NCBI RefSeq assembly: GCF_024521635.1
Contig: NW_026250403.1
Location: 1,798,001 to 1,862,000, forward strand
Direction: 5' to 3'
Origin: Tricharina praecox
Taxonomy: Eukaryota
DNA: 64,000 nt
In this document: positions 23,003 through 36,795 of the stretch, in pieces
How positions within the stretch are numbered: the stretch's first letter is position 1
Layout of the letters: each line of letters starts with the position of its first letter
Notes under the pieces: model-generated
Databases searched by the model: none
Seen by the model: only the letters and a program-made list of their open reading frames with translations
Told to the model about the DNA's origin: nothing
Made by a program: the position numbers and the translations under genes

Positions 23003-26000
23003 CGGTAGGCGTGTCGGCGGTACAGAGGTGTCTACTCTAGAGTTCAGAGGTCGACCGGGAGTGCAGCCTTCTCGGAACTTCACATGCTTCCGTCGGAGAA
23101 CCATCGGTACGGTTGGCTACCGTACTGTACACTAGTGAAGACCGGGATTCCCGGCTAAAACCAAAAGAGAAAAGAAAAGGAAAAGAAAGAAAAAAGACGG
23201 CGCAGCGCCTTTGCGGGGCAGGCAGGCGGCAGGCCAGCGATGTCTGGCGGTGGACTGGAACGACGCTGCGACGACAAGCGCGAAATTGGAATTGGACGGA
23301 CATCAGCTGCAAACCTGCGATCCCCTTTCGAGGCATTCTCTCCGGCCTAGATGAGGCTGTAAGCATCGCCTGTAACTAACTTGGAGTCGATGCAGCTCCC
23401 GACACATGCGTGGGCGCGTTAGAACTTCGAACTCCAACCCCCTCCCCCACTCAACCCAGCCCAACCCAATTGCGACGGGCTGGGACACTGGAAGCTTTGG
23501 CTGTTTGGCAAGAAGACCCTGGATCACGGTAGTTATAGGCTGGTACCTATGGCAGTCCGTGGCCAGGCACAGACGACAGGTAAGAAGTCCGGACTTCGAG
23601 AGGTTTGATGGTGGCGGTTTCGGCGGATAGACAGCTGAGTGCCGGGTGAAGAGCAGGTAACCAAGTGTATGTAGGAACTCCAGCATCGTTGAGCCGATGA
23701 CGGTGTCGTGTGCTACGGTACCAACTCGAGTCCCCCCAGCTGCAGACTGCAGTGGCGTCAACCGCGGTATGTATTCATGTACTCTACATGCCATATATGT
23801 GTAGGCGGTTCGCTGCGGACGTTTCTCCGCAAAAATCTACGAAGTTACGAAACTCCATCATCAGCCATAAGCCATAAGCCATAAGCCATCCGCCGAATTC
23901 GAATTCGGTGTCAGCGCACCCAGCCCTCCCACGGAGCTGTCACTGAACTCCACTGCAGCCTGTGGGGTGCAAGGGAATGAATTGAATAAGGCTGCCACGA
24001 TGGCCGTTGGCCGTTGTTCGTCCGGAAGGTTTACCATGTACATACGTGCTCTAGGTATTCGGTAGGGGAGTGGAAAAGGCACATGATGGCTGATATCCTC
24101 GTGTCACACCGGCGTGCCTATTGACAGACTTGCTACGGAATTGAGGCCTACGTAACCACAGGATTGGGCTGGGCCGAGTATAATACCGGTACCTGTCTCC
24201 GGATGGGAGGGGGGGTTTGTGTGGCTGATATAATAGTTGAAACAGTTCGAGGGGTGACGATCCGCGCACATCCAATCGAAGTTCCCGTATAGGTAATAGG
24301 TAAGACAAGAGATACTTGCAAGCGCCAGCTGGGTCTCTGGGTGGGGAAAGTGGAGGGAGTGACACGGTGACAGGAGGGGCCGATGGAATCACGGAACTTC
24401 GGGGTGACGATCTCTTGGGAAGCTGGGGGAGTCTTCGATGCATAGGTACCCAAATACATACCTGGGTATTCCGTATGTATCGTAAGGAGCCAGTAATCCG
24501 ATCCTCAAACCTCCCTCGAGCCTCCCTGGCCATGTCGACCATCCGCCGTCGGGTCACGGCAGATATCTCGATATAGATACATACTGCAAAGGTCCATGCA
24601 TCCATCCGCTCAATCGGCGGCCACTGGTCAGCCTGCATACCTGCATCCAGCGTCCGATGGAAGGGTGATCCGTGGTTGGTATACTTGGGTACTTCTGGAG
24701 TAAAGTAGTAGTGCCCCGGGATCTCAAGATCCCAGGTCCTGAAGGGGCGAGAATAGCGTAGAGTAGAGTACCGTTACGGTAAACACGGGGGGTTCATCAG
24801 CATGTGGGGGTACCTACACTGTACCGGTCGTCCAGGTCGACGGTAATGGCGTATGTGCCTATTATTGCCCGTGTGCCTTCGAGGTTAGAACAGATACCGG
24901 TACAAGTTGCTACATACCAGCCTACCAGTTACCTACTCTAGAGTACCTACGGAGAAGCCCACCTGCTCAATCGGGGGCTTCTTATCAATTCCTAGATGCT
25001 CGTCAGCTACTTTTACCTACATCAAGGGGATCGGGAAGCAGCGCGGAACACGAAAGCGATGGCAAGAGAGAGCGCGGTTTCCTTTCCTTTCTTTTTTTGT
25101 TTTTTTTTTAATGTAGCGCTTCATCGCTGCGTGCCTTGGATCGTCAAGTGAGTGCGCCGAGTGCTGGACACCTGCCAGTCGAGTAGAGTATATCCTCTGG
25201 CTTCCCCGTCGTGATGGTTACTCGGCCCAGAAATCGAACCGAATAAATCTCCAAGTACGTATTTTATACACTCCACGGAAAACGCCAGCCCCATCATTGG
25301 CCACGATAAAGAAACACAGAGAGATCCTTTGTCCTGTCCTGTTTTTACCCACCACCTCACACAGCACACGGTACACAGAACACCTGCCATACAGACCGAC
25401 ATCCGAGCTTTACTTCGGCACAGAAACCACGGCCAGACTGCAATAACAACGATTTCAGGTGCTGCTGCTGCTTGCTGGCCGCCCTCGAGCTTTCCGTTCA
25501 CAGCCGCCGCCCGCAGTCGTCGCCGCCGCTCCGCCGCCGCCCTCGCCGCCGCCACTGCCGGATATATAAGCAAGCCGACAGACGCCGTGAGATCGATCGC
25601 AATCCTAGCCACCTCGATATCTGCTGCATGCTGTTTCTTCCGGACTTCCCTACCTCGCCGAACATCATCCTGCAGGACGCAGCGCCACTGGCTGGTCATC
25701 CATTGACCGAACTACTGCTACTACCGCCGCTGCTGCCCCACTGCAATTATTTCTTCCCCCCAAGAACCCAGCACAATCAGAAATCAGATCTCGCTGTGTC
25801 TCTGATTCCGTAACCATCAGAGTACTGGAGCCCTGCTACTGCTACATACTACGTACATATAGGCACTCCGCCAGAAGCTTGCATTTTTGAGTTTTTCGTG
25901 GGATATTTCCCCCCACTCACTCATCGCAGCAAACCAACCCCCCCAACGCCAAAATACACTCCTTCACCCATTCCCCGCCGGGCCCAGTTACTCTACCCCA

Positions 26001-26202
26001 TTTCACGGGTAGCGGTATTAGCGGCTTTGGTGAATCTCCGTACTCGCACTCGCTCCCTCCGCACTATCTCCACCCACACGAACTCGCGCCGCAACAGCGG
26101 CTGGCGTGCCGAGGCGCCTTGCTCTTGAATGTGCCTACATCCCCGGCCGACGGCACAAGTAGCAGCAGCAGCGTCTTCATCTCTTCACCTCCGCCTCCGT
26201 AC

Positions 26203-29200
26203 ATGCCGCTACCGCCGAACATGATCTCCAAATCGACGTCGCCGTCCTCCATCGGCACCCAAGGAGCGCCCAAACGCCGAAGAAAGACGACCACCGACGA
26301 AAGCTCGCTTCCCCGGTTAGCGATCGACTCTTCGCTCGGCGGGAATGCTTCTCCTACGGCGGCGGCGGCAGTAGCGACGCCGCAGAGCGCGGGTGGAGCG
26401 AGCGCGGGTCCCGGAACTGGCAGCAGCAGCGGTGGCAGTGGTGCTTCTTCGTCGTTCAGAAATGTCTCAGCATGTAACCGATGTCGCCTGCGTAAGAATC
26501 GCTGCGACCAGCGATTGCCAGCCTGTATGAGTTGCGAGAAGGCGGTATGTAGGCTTTTTTTCTTCTCTTGAGATCTTCTACCTCCCCTCGACTTTCCTGT
26601 CTATCGTGGCTGCTGCCTGCGCGCAAACGACTTGAGCCTCACCGATCTATTCTTCCCTTTTCTCTCTCTCTCTCTCTCTCCCTCTCGTGTATTCTGCCAG
26701 CGCTGAACAATTTTCTCTCAAGGGTGTGCGATGTGTAGGTGTGTAGCCCTTCACGGTTCCCTGTCTGCAATATCTCTGCGTTTCCCCCGCCCGTTCGTTA
26801 TCACGCTTGCTGCACTGCTATCTATACATCGCAATCGCGGGGATGAGGCTCGGCACTTGTGTGCTCCGGGAGTGTCCAGCGGCTGAGATTGTGGTTGACT
26901 GACATGTCGTCCCGCAATAGGTTACGACCCTATAACGAAGAGAGAGATCCCGAGGAGGTCAGTGCCGTCATTTCTTTTGCGACCCCTCCATGTCCCGATC
27001 CTGCGGTTCGGCTGGGCCGGGTGCTGGCGAATATTCGATCTTCGGGTCGGGATGTCGCAACCCAATCCAACCCCCCACTTGACTCCCTGGTATCTGTCGC
27101 GTTGGATGTGACCCGTCGATTCTGACATCTCCACAGCTATGTGCATTACCTGGAAACCCGAGTCGCGTACCTCGAATCGCTATGCACGACCAATAACGTC
27201 GCCTTTCCGCCGGCGGATGACTTCCCCGATCTGCCCCCTATTCAAACGTCCTCCGCCATGTCCGCACCGCCGACCGCGACGGCCCTCCATGCTCCCCCGC
27301 TACCTGGCGCGTCGTCGCCAACGGGCACACCCATCGACCCTGCCCTGAACGAAAGCGGGCGTCCATCACCGAGAATCAAGCGTGAGTCGTCGGAAGGCTT
27401 GGAAGGGAAGAAGCTCGACAGCTTGGTGTCGGATATTGGACTCGTGTCTTTTGCCGGCGCAAGCGACCCCCGCTACCTCGGTTCCGTATCGGGCATCTCG
27501 TTCGCGCGGGTGGTTTTCGCGGCGGTCAAGAGCAGCGCGCCCGGCTCGGGCAGCTCCAACGAACAGAACGGCAGCGAGCCGCAGAAGGGCCGTGGTAAGC
27601 GGATCAGGTCCAACAGTCGCGTTCGCGGTTCGAGAGGCCTGGGAATGGGCGGTGCGGCAACGAAGGAGAACCCCGAAGTTGAGGTTGACGCCGATACGCA
27701 AATGAGGGATTCGTTCTTCGGACTCCACACCAAGCCTACGATCTTACCGGCCCCGTTCCCGACTCGTCCTGTCGCCGAGCGTTTGGTGCGTCTCTACTTC
27801 GAGCATGCGAACCCGCAGATCCCGTCGCTTCATCGTGGGGAGTTCAACAGTGTTCTGGAGGCCATCTATGGCCCAATCGAGGCCACAATGAATGGAGTTT
27901 CGGACTACGGTGTACAAGGCGAAGGTCTCGGTGGATCGGCGCGAGAGCGCTATCTTCTCAACATCGTGTGTGCTATCGGCGCCGGAATCTTCCTTACCGG
28001 CCCCGAGGAATCGCCCGAATCCGATGACGAGGAAGAAGGTGAAGATGGACCGAGAAAAAAGCAAAAGGTAGACTCGAAAAATCGCAAAGAAAAGAAGAAG
28101 CAAAGCGAGCCAGAATCTTACCACGCGTCGGCGATGCTTCACCTCGAAGCATTCCTCAGCCAGAGCAAGGGAGGGCTTGATGAGCTCCAGGCTGTTTTGC
28201 TGCTAGCCGGCTACGCACTTCTCCGGCCGGTGTCTCCGGGCCTCTGGTACATCGTGGGAGTCGCAGTGCGGCTGGCGGTGGACTTGGGCTTGCACTACGA
28301 GGACGCAGATATGGAGACCAAGAAGCCTGTGAAACAAGAACCCAAGACGGAAAAGGAGGGGAGGAAAGAGTGGGTTCGGGATATGCGGAGACGGCTCTGG
28401 TGGTGCGTATACAATCTGGATAGGCTGGTCAGCACCTGTGTTGGAAGGCCATTCGGAATTGCCGATGAAGTCATCAGCACCCAGGTACAGTGGACGATCC
28501 GACATCACAACTGCTTACTTTACCGTTCTGACTTTTTCATCATTAGTTTCCTTCCATGCTGGATGACGAGTACATTCACCCGACCAAAGGGCTGATGCAA
28601 CCCCCTCCCGGAGAGAATCCGCCAACATATAAAGCCATATCTCATCATTATACTCGCCTTCGCCTGCTACAATCCGAAATACTTCAGGTCCTACAGCAAC
28701 AATCGCATGCATTCTCATTCGCCTCAGCATCCTCGGAAACCGCCTTCAAGAAGGACATTTACAAGGGCAAACAAAATTATCCTCACCACCACCCATATCA
28801 TCTCCAGACGCCATATCTGAGCGGCCATAACTCGCTGCAAGCCTGGCACCGGGACGTTGATCGGAGATTGAAGGAATGGATAGATACTGCGCCCAAGTCG
28901 ATTGCCGAGACCGGTGTCGAGTTCTCCCCCGAATTCCTCGAGTTGAACTACTGGCAGGCAAAGATCATGCTCTATCGACCTTGTTTGTCGGTTCCGGTGC
29001 TCTTGGCCGGCGAATTGGGTGCTAGCAGTGGCAACGCACGTTCGCGGGCTGCCGAGAGAGGCCTGGGAGAAGGTGCTGCGGTGTTGCACGGGCGACGAGA
29101 AGACGAAGAGCGGGTTTACATGATCGTCGCTGAAGCGGGAAGCAAGGTTCTTCGGATTTATAGGCAGCTGCATCGCGTGCATCAGGTCAACTACACTTTC

Positions 29201-30172
29201 CTGGCCACGCATCATCTGTTTATGGCTGGTAAGTGCTCCCACCGGATATCTGATTTGGAGTTTTCGTCTGATCTTTCTTTTTTTTTAGGGATTTCTTTCC
29301 TTTACGCCATCTGGCACTCTCCGTTGGTTCGCTCGCGTCTAACCATGGACGAGGTGGACTTCACCATTCTTGCAGCCACATCCGTCTTGGGTGACCTCGT
29401 CGATGTGTGTCCCCCGGCAGCGGCTTGTCGTGATGCATTCGAGCGCATGTCTAGGGCTACAGTCCAGATGTGTCTCGGCAGTAAGCGAGGCCCAACGTCG
29501 GCAATAATGCCGAGTGGAATCTACCAAAACTCAGCGGCCGCCGAGCAAGTAGACCGGTCTGTCGTCGATGAAAACAACGCCATGCTAGTCCAGCAACAGT
29601 ACCGCCCTGTCTATCATACAACGCAATCCTCCCAGTCTCTCCCCACCATTTCTCCCACGCAGAATCAGTTGATGCAACGTCCGTTGAGTCGTTCCAGCAG
29701 CACCGATTCTTACACCCATCAATCCCATTCGCAAAGCCAAGCGGAAGCCCGAAGGCGACAACCTGTTCACTTCGATGATGGCTTCCGGGAGTTGTTCACC
29801 TCGCCCCGCCAACCCCACATCTCGCCACCAGCATCATATCCACCGCAGCAGCACAATGCATATGTGCAATCACCAACGACGCCAACCGAAGGAATGCAAT
29901 ACAACCCCTCGGTCTACGCGCACACCCAGCATCCGCATCAGCAAAACATGTATCAGGGACAGGGACATGGCGACATGATGATCGATCCGGCCCTTCAGCA
30001 CCGCGGATACCCGGCACCCGCGCCGAACACCCCCGGTGACTGGGCTCACATGGATATGGCGCAACTGGGAATCCCCGAAGTCGAGATGTGGGAGCACGAT
30101 AGCTGGAGCGACGAGGGCAATTCGGGCCAGGTCGATTTGTTTGATGGGTTCTTCTTCGGCAATAGTGGTTAG
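26203..30172 (+). CDS. uaY: Zn(II)2Cys6 positive regulator of purine utilisation (UaY/PPR1 family). Exons 26203-26544, 26723-26738, 26921-26957, 27137-28484, 28547-29228, 29289-30172
   Basis: The spliced product reads FRNVSACNRCRLRKNRCDQRLPAC.SCEKA|GVRCVG|YDPITKREIPRS|YVHYLETRVAYLE; also DPRYLGSVSGISFARVVFAAV and the fungal TF domain RRRLWWCVYNLDRLVSTCVGRPFGI. All junctions are GT-AG and keep the frame. Confidence 0.93.
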
Positions 30173-30521
30173 GTGGGAGTCGTCTGGCTCGCCAATCCGT
30201 TGCTGTTGCTATTGCTGTTGCTGTTGCTGGTTTTTTCTTTTTCCCCTTTATTCTCGTGGGTTTTTAGCTGGAGTCCGGGTGCGGTTTGTAGATTCCATGT
30301 TCTGTTTGGTCTCGTTTATTTTTTTTCTGCTTACGGGGCGGGGCGTGTGGGGGTCTTCTTTGTTTGCTTCTTGTGGTGATCTTTGTCTTATCTTTTTCAT
30401 CCCTTCTTCTCCTCTCGCGATCTGGCGTTTTTTGCTTTCCGCTTGTACTTGTGTGTATTTTCAGTGTCCTTTCCTTCTTCTTTTTCATTCATCAAAATTG
30501 GGATTCGTTCGGTGGGCCGGT

Positions 30522-30555
<34 letters not shown>
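30522..30555. repeat. Poly-G homopolymer (~34 nt)
   Basis: Direct reading. Confidence 0.9.
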
Positions 30556-30556
<1 letters not shown>

Positions 30557-30621
30557 GTGTGCGTGGGATGGGCAAAAGTTTTTTTCGTTTGTTCGGTCGG
30601 TCGTTCGGTCTCAAAAAGGGC

Positions 30622-30696
30622 AACGGAAAAGGATAACGGAAAAGGATAACGGAAAAGGATAACGGAAAAGGATAACGGAAAAGGATAACGGAAAAG
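30622..30696. repeat. 13-bp tandem repeat (AACGGAAAAGGAT), about 5.8 copies
   Basis: Perfect units read directly. Confidence 0.92.
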
Positions 30697-31670
30697 TTGT
30701 GTGTACGAGCTAAGCTGACTTTGGTGGGTGGTGGAAAAGGTTCGATGGCGATGAGCTGGCGGTGGAGGCTGGCGATGAGATGGCTGTATCTTGCTTGCTT
30801 GCGTGTATGTAGCTGTAGCTGTAGTTAGTTGTGGTTGTGGGCGGGGTTGGAACGAGAAGAGATGAATAGGATGAATAGGATGAATAGAATGAATAGGATG
30901 AATTATGGACAGACTCCGAGTGGACTCGTGCCGGTGGAGTATGGACAGTGAACTGTGGCTCTAGGAAGGAGGGGCATTGAGCCCGAGACAACCGGGTGTG
31001 CGAGTGACTGCACATTGCATATGTGCACGGATGGTCGGAGACAGCTCAGACAGGTGCTCGATATCGAGATGGCTGCTAACTGTGGTGAGCGAGGACGCCG
31101 TGCCATGCGGTATCTGTATAACATGGCGACGTGCTATTTACTCTCCGTCCTGTGGGAACGAGTGTGTTCTTTCTGTGAGTAGTCCACTGGCCGTTCGGAC
31201 GACCGGTGGTGGGTGCTTGGAACATTCGGTGCGGTAGCGGGTCCAAGTTCTGTTTACTTTCTCTCTCTATTTCTCTCTCTCTTGTACCTGTAGCTCCTAG
31301 ACATGAACATACCACTTCTCTCTATCTCGATCGTTCCAGTAATCACCTCGACGAGTCCTTCTAACACGTCCGTGGCGTACTCAGGTGTCAATCACACAAA
31401 TTCACTAGCTTATCCTAGGTACATCATAGGATGAAAATTGTAGGTGCCAGTGTCACAAATAATCACTCGCGCTCTGATGATCCGATGGAAGATGGAATGG
31501 GCATAAAACGTGCTTCACATTCATTCATGCATAAGTAACGATTATGTTGGCATCTCCATACCCCATCCATTCTGTCCGTCCGCCAGTTCTCCAAGCAAAG
31601 AAGATAGGTAACAATAGAACATAATCCAACACGTCTATCCACCGATCCCATGGATGTTGAAGCCAAACCT

Positions 31671-32491
31671 TTACATGCGGACACGGCGTCTGCGGCGAGC
31701 GGCCGGAGCAGCAGCAGCAGCAGCAGCAGCAGCGCCAGAGCCAGCGACCGGTGCAGGGGCAGCAGCGCCCGCAGCTCCGACCATCTGCACCGGAACGCAG
31801 CCGCCGAATGGACCAGCAATCGCCGTGTTCTGGCAGCGGACGATGCACACGCCCGTCATGGCACCAGAGGTACCTGTGCACTGCATACCCGCGGGCATAG
31901 TTGCGATGAGGGGCTAGCATTACCACAAATCAGTCGCCATGCATCATCGGATGACCGATGGAAGGAAGGAAGGAAGGGAGCACAAACAAAGTCCGTCGCG
32001 CCATTTCCAAAGCTAAGTCCCGCACGGCCAGGGACATTAGTATCGACCTGCATGGGCACAAAGTCTTGCGCGGTGCCGTCGGCATTGACCATGCACGCGT
32101 ACGGCCCCGCGCCGTCCGCATTGACCTGGTGCAGCGTCATGCTGACCTGGCCTCCCTCGGTGACCTGCGGGAGCCCGCCGTTCTGGCTGACTACGTCCGC
32201 CATGGCGGACGGAACGTCGATGGCGCCGCTTTGGGCCGTGCGGCCGCACCCCGAGGCGCTGGCGGCCCCGCCCCGCTGTTGGCGCCCGAAGACGGTCGTG
32301 TCCTGCTGGAAGGGCGTGCGCCGCGTGCCGTCGCGGGGAGTGGCCGCGTCGATGCCGAGCGCTGTGCCTTGCCCGCCGGCGTCGCCGGTGGCGGAGACGA
32401 TGGCGCCGTGGGCGGTGACGACTGGGAGGGTGGCGGTGAGAAGGAGGAGGAGGGTGGTGGAGGGAGTAGGCAGGCTGAGGGTGAAAAGCAT
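31671..32491 (-). CDS. Secreted Egh16/GAS1/Mas1-like protein (DUF3129); intron 31914-31987
   Basis: Signal peptide, then HGAIVSATGDAGG.GTALGID..TPRDGTRR.PFQQDTT, LPQVT.GGQVSMTLHQVNADGAGPYAC, CTG....VCIVRCQN.A.AGPFGGCVPVQM. Confidence 0.92.
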
Positions 32492-35145
32492 GGTGATGAT
32501 ATAGGTGTTATTCTGTTTAGCTGTTTATGCAAATGTCAGAAAGCCTTGCACGGCCAGAGATCAAGAGGTGGACGCCCACAGTTAGGTAGTTGGTTTAGAT
32601 ATGATTAGAACGGTCAACGTTTCTAGCAGGATCAAATGATGATTTTGCAAGGCAGAAATAAAATAGGGAGCTATCCAGTAGCTGTGAAGATAAAATGCGA
32701 GGAAGAAGAGAGGAGAGAGGAGATGGGAACCGGGATGCTACGATTTAGTGGGAGATGCTATTGTCGATGATTTCTTCCAGAATGGGGTCGCATCACAGGC
32801 CCTTTATACAGCAGCAGCTCACGATGTCCACAACTATTGCCGTAGTCCGTCACCGTTCCCGTAGCCCAGCACAGCCCAAAGCCCCGCTCGACAAAACATC
32901 TCCAAGTGCACGAGGTCTAGATTCGCGTCTGAACGATCTCAGCACCACGCAGGAATCACATGGGTTGTTCCTCGGTTCAACTTGTAGGAGTCACACGCCG
33001 AATCCGCTTAAGACCTCCGTCTCACTCGTCGAAGAACACCAGAGAGCCCATGATGACATATCAACGTGAAGTATGTAGTATCCGCTTTACACAGCCACAG
33101 CCCATTCCCGGTTGTGCACGACGTAGTAGCCGGTGCTGGGAACAGTTTCGCTGTCTCGGATCACCTGAAATTCCATCTACCTGCCGTTTTTTCCAGAGAG
33201 TATGTACCTGTTGGTCGAGACTCCATCCGGAGCGTTCGTGCTTGGAGGCTTTTGGAACAGGAAGCTGGTTTCCAAACCGGGGCCCGGAGCAGAGTGGAGA
33301 TACCGGTACTCAGCGTAGGGCGGAGACCGGTGCAGATACGATGTAACCGACATCGCTAAATCGCGGGGTTGATGCTGGGCCTGGGGGAACTCCGTGTACC
33401 ACTGGGCGATCGGGGTGTAATGGTGGAGTTTGGGATCTACCGGGATAGCACGGACCACGCGCGCTTGTTCGTATCCCACCACAGCTGTTGCGGCGATTGT
33501 GTTCCTGGTAAAGACATGTCAGCAAACATTGGGAGCCTAAGGGATGTATGAGGGAGGGACGGAAGAAGGTTCTTCTCGACGTCGCACGTAGAATGGGTTC
33601 CAGGGGGAATGACCGTTATCCTTCCCATGGGCAATATATGCAAAGCAGCTGCAGGAACAGCGGCTTCCTGGGTGACATATGTACGTGGTTCGTGAAACAG
33701 AACGGAGGATTGTCGCGAAATTCGATTCGAGAGGGAGTGGTTTGGATGGCTGAGACTCGATTTCCGTTGGCGGGGGTGGATTGAGTGTGGTGCAAGACTT
33801 GATCTTCCAGAGTGCCGGCTCCGTGGCTCTGGGACTTTCCCTGGATCCGCAGACTGTGGGCGACACGCTGCGTCGGATAGAGAGGCAGAACAAGAGTCAC
33901 CTGCCCGCAACTCCGGAGTCCGGTCCACGAGGGTTTCTCTCCACGAACTTGTCGTGATGTCGACAGGGCCCGCGCAGGGGCCGCGGGGCGCTTGGGTGTT
34001 GTCCTCGCAATGCGATTACCAGTTGCCATTGTTTCATAGCTAGAACGTTCAAGCCCCCCAACTTCCAAGTCCAAGTCCAAGACTCCAAGTCCAAGCCGTT
34101 TCTTCGCTCTTGATTCCGTTCTGTGTTGGTTCCCACGATGTTCCAAATACTTCACGAGTTGTGTTCACTCTCAAACACCATACTCCCGCGCTATTTTAGG
34201 GACATCCATTGTCATTCTTCCTCACGCATGCACCCCATGTTCTGCAGGTGCATCATGATCGCCTTTATCCGGAACGACCCTTAGACTCGACTTTGTGTAG
34301 CAGCTCCCGACAACTCTATCGTTCCCCTGGGATCCGCGACCGGCACACAGTATCCGAGCTCAGCCAACCGTCAAACTCCCAAATGCCGACTCGATCCTCC
34401 TCGGGTATTTACGTGCATTACAGCATTGTGAGATTTCACGATCGAAGCTCCGCATGTACACTAAAGTAACCCGAAACAAAACGGCTCGACGGAGTAGACT
34501 CTAGATTCGCCATTGGCGGCGCTTGAATTGGCTCTTCCGACCATTACCGACACCGGCCTTCCTTTCTGGATTTTGTGTCGGCTTGTGGCGGTGCCACTCT
34601 TTGCGGGACGCGGTGTTATGTAAGAGGTCTGTCACCAGTGAGTATCGATCTCACCTCCGCCGCCTGGGTACTTCGCGCTTGTTGGGGTGTATAAGAAGAC
34701 GACCAGGCCGATTACCAAGACCATCCATCGGCAGCTTTGCTTGCCCCAGAGTTCCATGGGTGGAAGACTTTGTTTCGTGGTTTCTCGAGAACAGACGGTA
34801 TCGTCTCACAGACCATCACTCGCACAGTCATCGAATCATGTGAAAATGGTGAGCTTATTTCTTCGATTGGATTTCAAAATACAGCGAATGACTAGCAAGA
34901 TATACCAGAAAAAATAAGAAACAGGTATGAAAATAAACAGGATTCTTGAGGCGTGCAAATATTACCAATATGACCAATGTGTAACTTCTTGGATGTGGCT
35001 TAATGAGTGACTTGTCGAGTGAGAATCGCAACATCATGACTTTTCCAACGTACATGCAAACTCAAAACTAAAAATCAAATGACCTCCAAAAGACTGACTA
35101 AGTAAACACTCCCTCCTCTCTCTCCTCCACTTCCGCCGGCCTCGC

Positions 35146-35758
35146 TCAACCAACAGTAACCACCAACCCCCCACTCGGAAGCTTCCAAAACACCGCATCA
35201 TTATCGCCGGTGGGCACGGCCTCAAAGTAGAGGGTGGTGCCGCCCTTAGGACATAGGAAAGACCTAGCGGTGCTGTCGCTCCAAGACGCAGTGCCCGGAA
35301 GACTTGCCTTGAACGTTCCGACGTGCTGATTCCTGAACGGACGCTCGTTCCAGGTCTCGCCGCCGGTGACGGGGCCGCCGACAGTAAACAGCTGGATTCC
35401 CCGCGTGCCGTTCACGTAGTATGGGTCCTGGAAGTTGAGCGTGCACGTCTGCCCCGCGAAGCCGTCGCGGATCGTGATGGCTATGAGCGTGTTCGTGTTG
35501 GAGCCGCCGTTGACCTGGGATTGTTAGTATGGGCGGGGAGGGGTGGGATGGGACGGGGCCGGGTGGGGCGGGGGGGGTGGGGGGGGGACTAACCCGCTCG
35601 ACGCTGCCGGATTGCAGACAGCCGGAGTATTCGTTTGGGTAGAGCTCCGTGATCTCCGCGTGGCACGTGTTGTAGCTGGCGACGGTTGCACGCTTCTCGA
35701 CCGGTGAGGCGAGGGCGAGGGTGGTAAGGAAGGGAAGGAGGATGGCGGTGAACTTCAT
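35146..35758 (-). CDS. Small secreted protein, But2 C-terminal-domain-like; intron 35515-35593
   Basis: Signal peptide MKFTAILLPFLTTLALA, then SPVEKR; exon 2 TCTLNF..GTRGIQLF..TWNERP.R..HVGTF..SFLCP.G..LYFE. Confidence 0.8.
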
Positions 35759-36759
35759 CTTTGCTTTGTTTGCCTTAGCTGGCTGGCTGTGTGGATGTTT
35801 GGCTGGATGTGTGGATGTTTGGCTGGCTTGTTCTGTTTGGATAATAGTGAGGGAAACCGCTGGTATTTATACACAATTCTCCACACAAGAAACCAGTCTT
35901 CACGTAGGCAAGCTGAATCACGAAGATGGCGAGAACTACGGCATCATGGGACATGGCTTGGTCACATCCGTGAAGATCCGCAGAGGCGGAGATGGAACTT
36001 CGTTGTAGAAGCCTATGTTAGTGACACAAGGGACCTTACAAAGTCACGCGAGTGACACGAACCTCGTATTTTCCGTGCGTGGCTGTACGACGCTCAGCCC
36101 TGTGAAGTGCACAACATCCGATCGGCCCGTGCTATCTATCTCGATAATGCGGGGGAGAGACATATTTTCAGATCAGATGCTCGCACGGTACCTATATATG
36201 GCTCTTCCGACAGATTTCTTCTCCACGCGGCTCCCGTTTAGGGCCAAGTGGGTAACTGGTGATGGGGGGTTGTTTTTGTCTGATATTGTAGACAGGACAG
36301 GTACGATGTCGGCTTCCATTCCCATTTCAAATCACTCGCCGCACGAGTCCACAGGTACTTCTACCGAGCAGCCAGATCGATGTGCCAAATATATCTGCCC
36401 GGAAGGGCTGAGTTAAGAGGCGCCTGATGATTGATCGACTCTTGGAACCCGTTCAGGGCCCAGGCCTCAGCCTGGCCTCAGCCTGCAAAGGGGCAAGTTC
36501 TTTCAGAATACTAGACCATCTGACTATGCAGGTATGTAAGCCAAAAGCTGAAAACCAAGCGAAGTGTCAAAAGCCTAACTGCGCCAGGGAGATCATAAAT
36601 GTCTTACAACATCGCATCACGTGAAAGCACTCCTCCAGCTCGGTAAAATGTGTGGATTACCTTGGGGAGCTCTCAAGGTTAGAGATCTTTTTGATTGAAG
36701 TTCGGCATACCCTCGAGGTCGAAGGCCTTTTGTATGGTGTTATCAAAAGTCCGGTGCGA

Positions 36760-36795
36760 ACCACCACCACCACCACCACCACCACCACCACCACC
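36760..36795. repeat. (ACC)n microsatellite
   Basis: Direct reading. Confidence 0.9.

Noticed and set aside
17000-25800. Many 60-195 aa ORFs in the ORF track
   Set aside because: Low-complexity or repeat-derived translations, mostly non-ATG starts, with no domain motifs.
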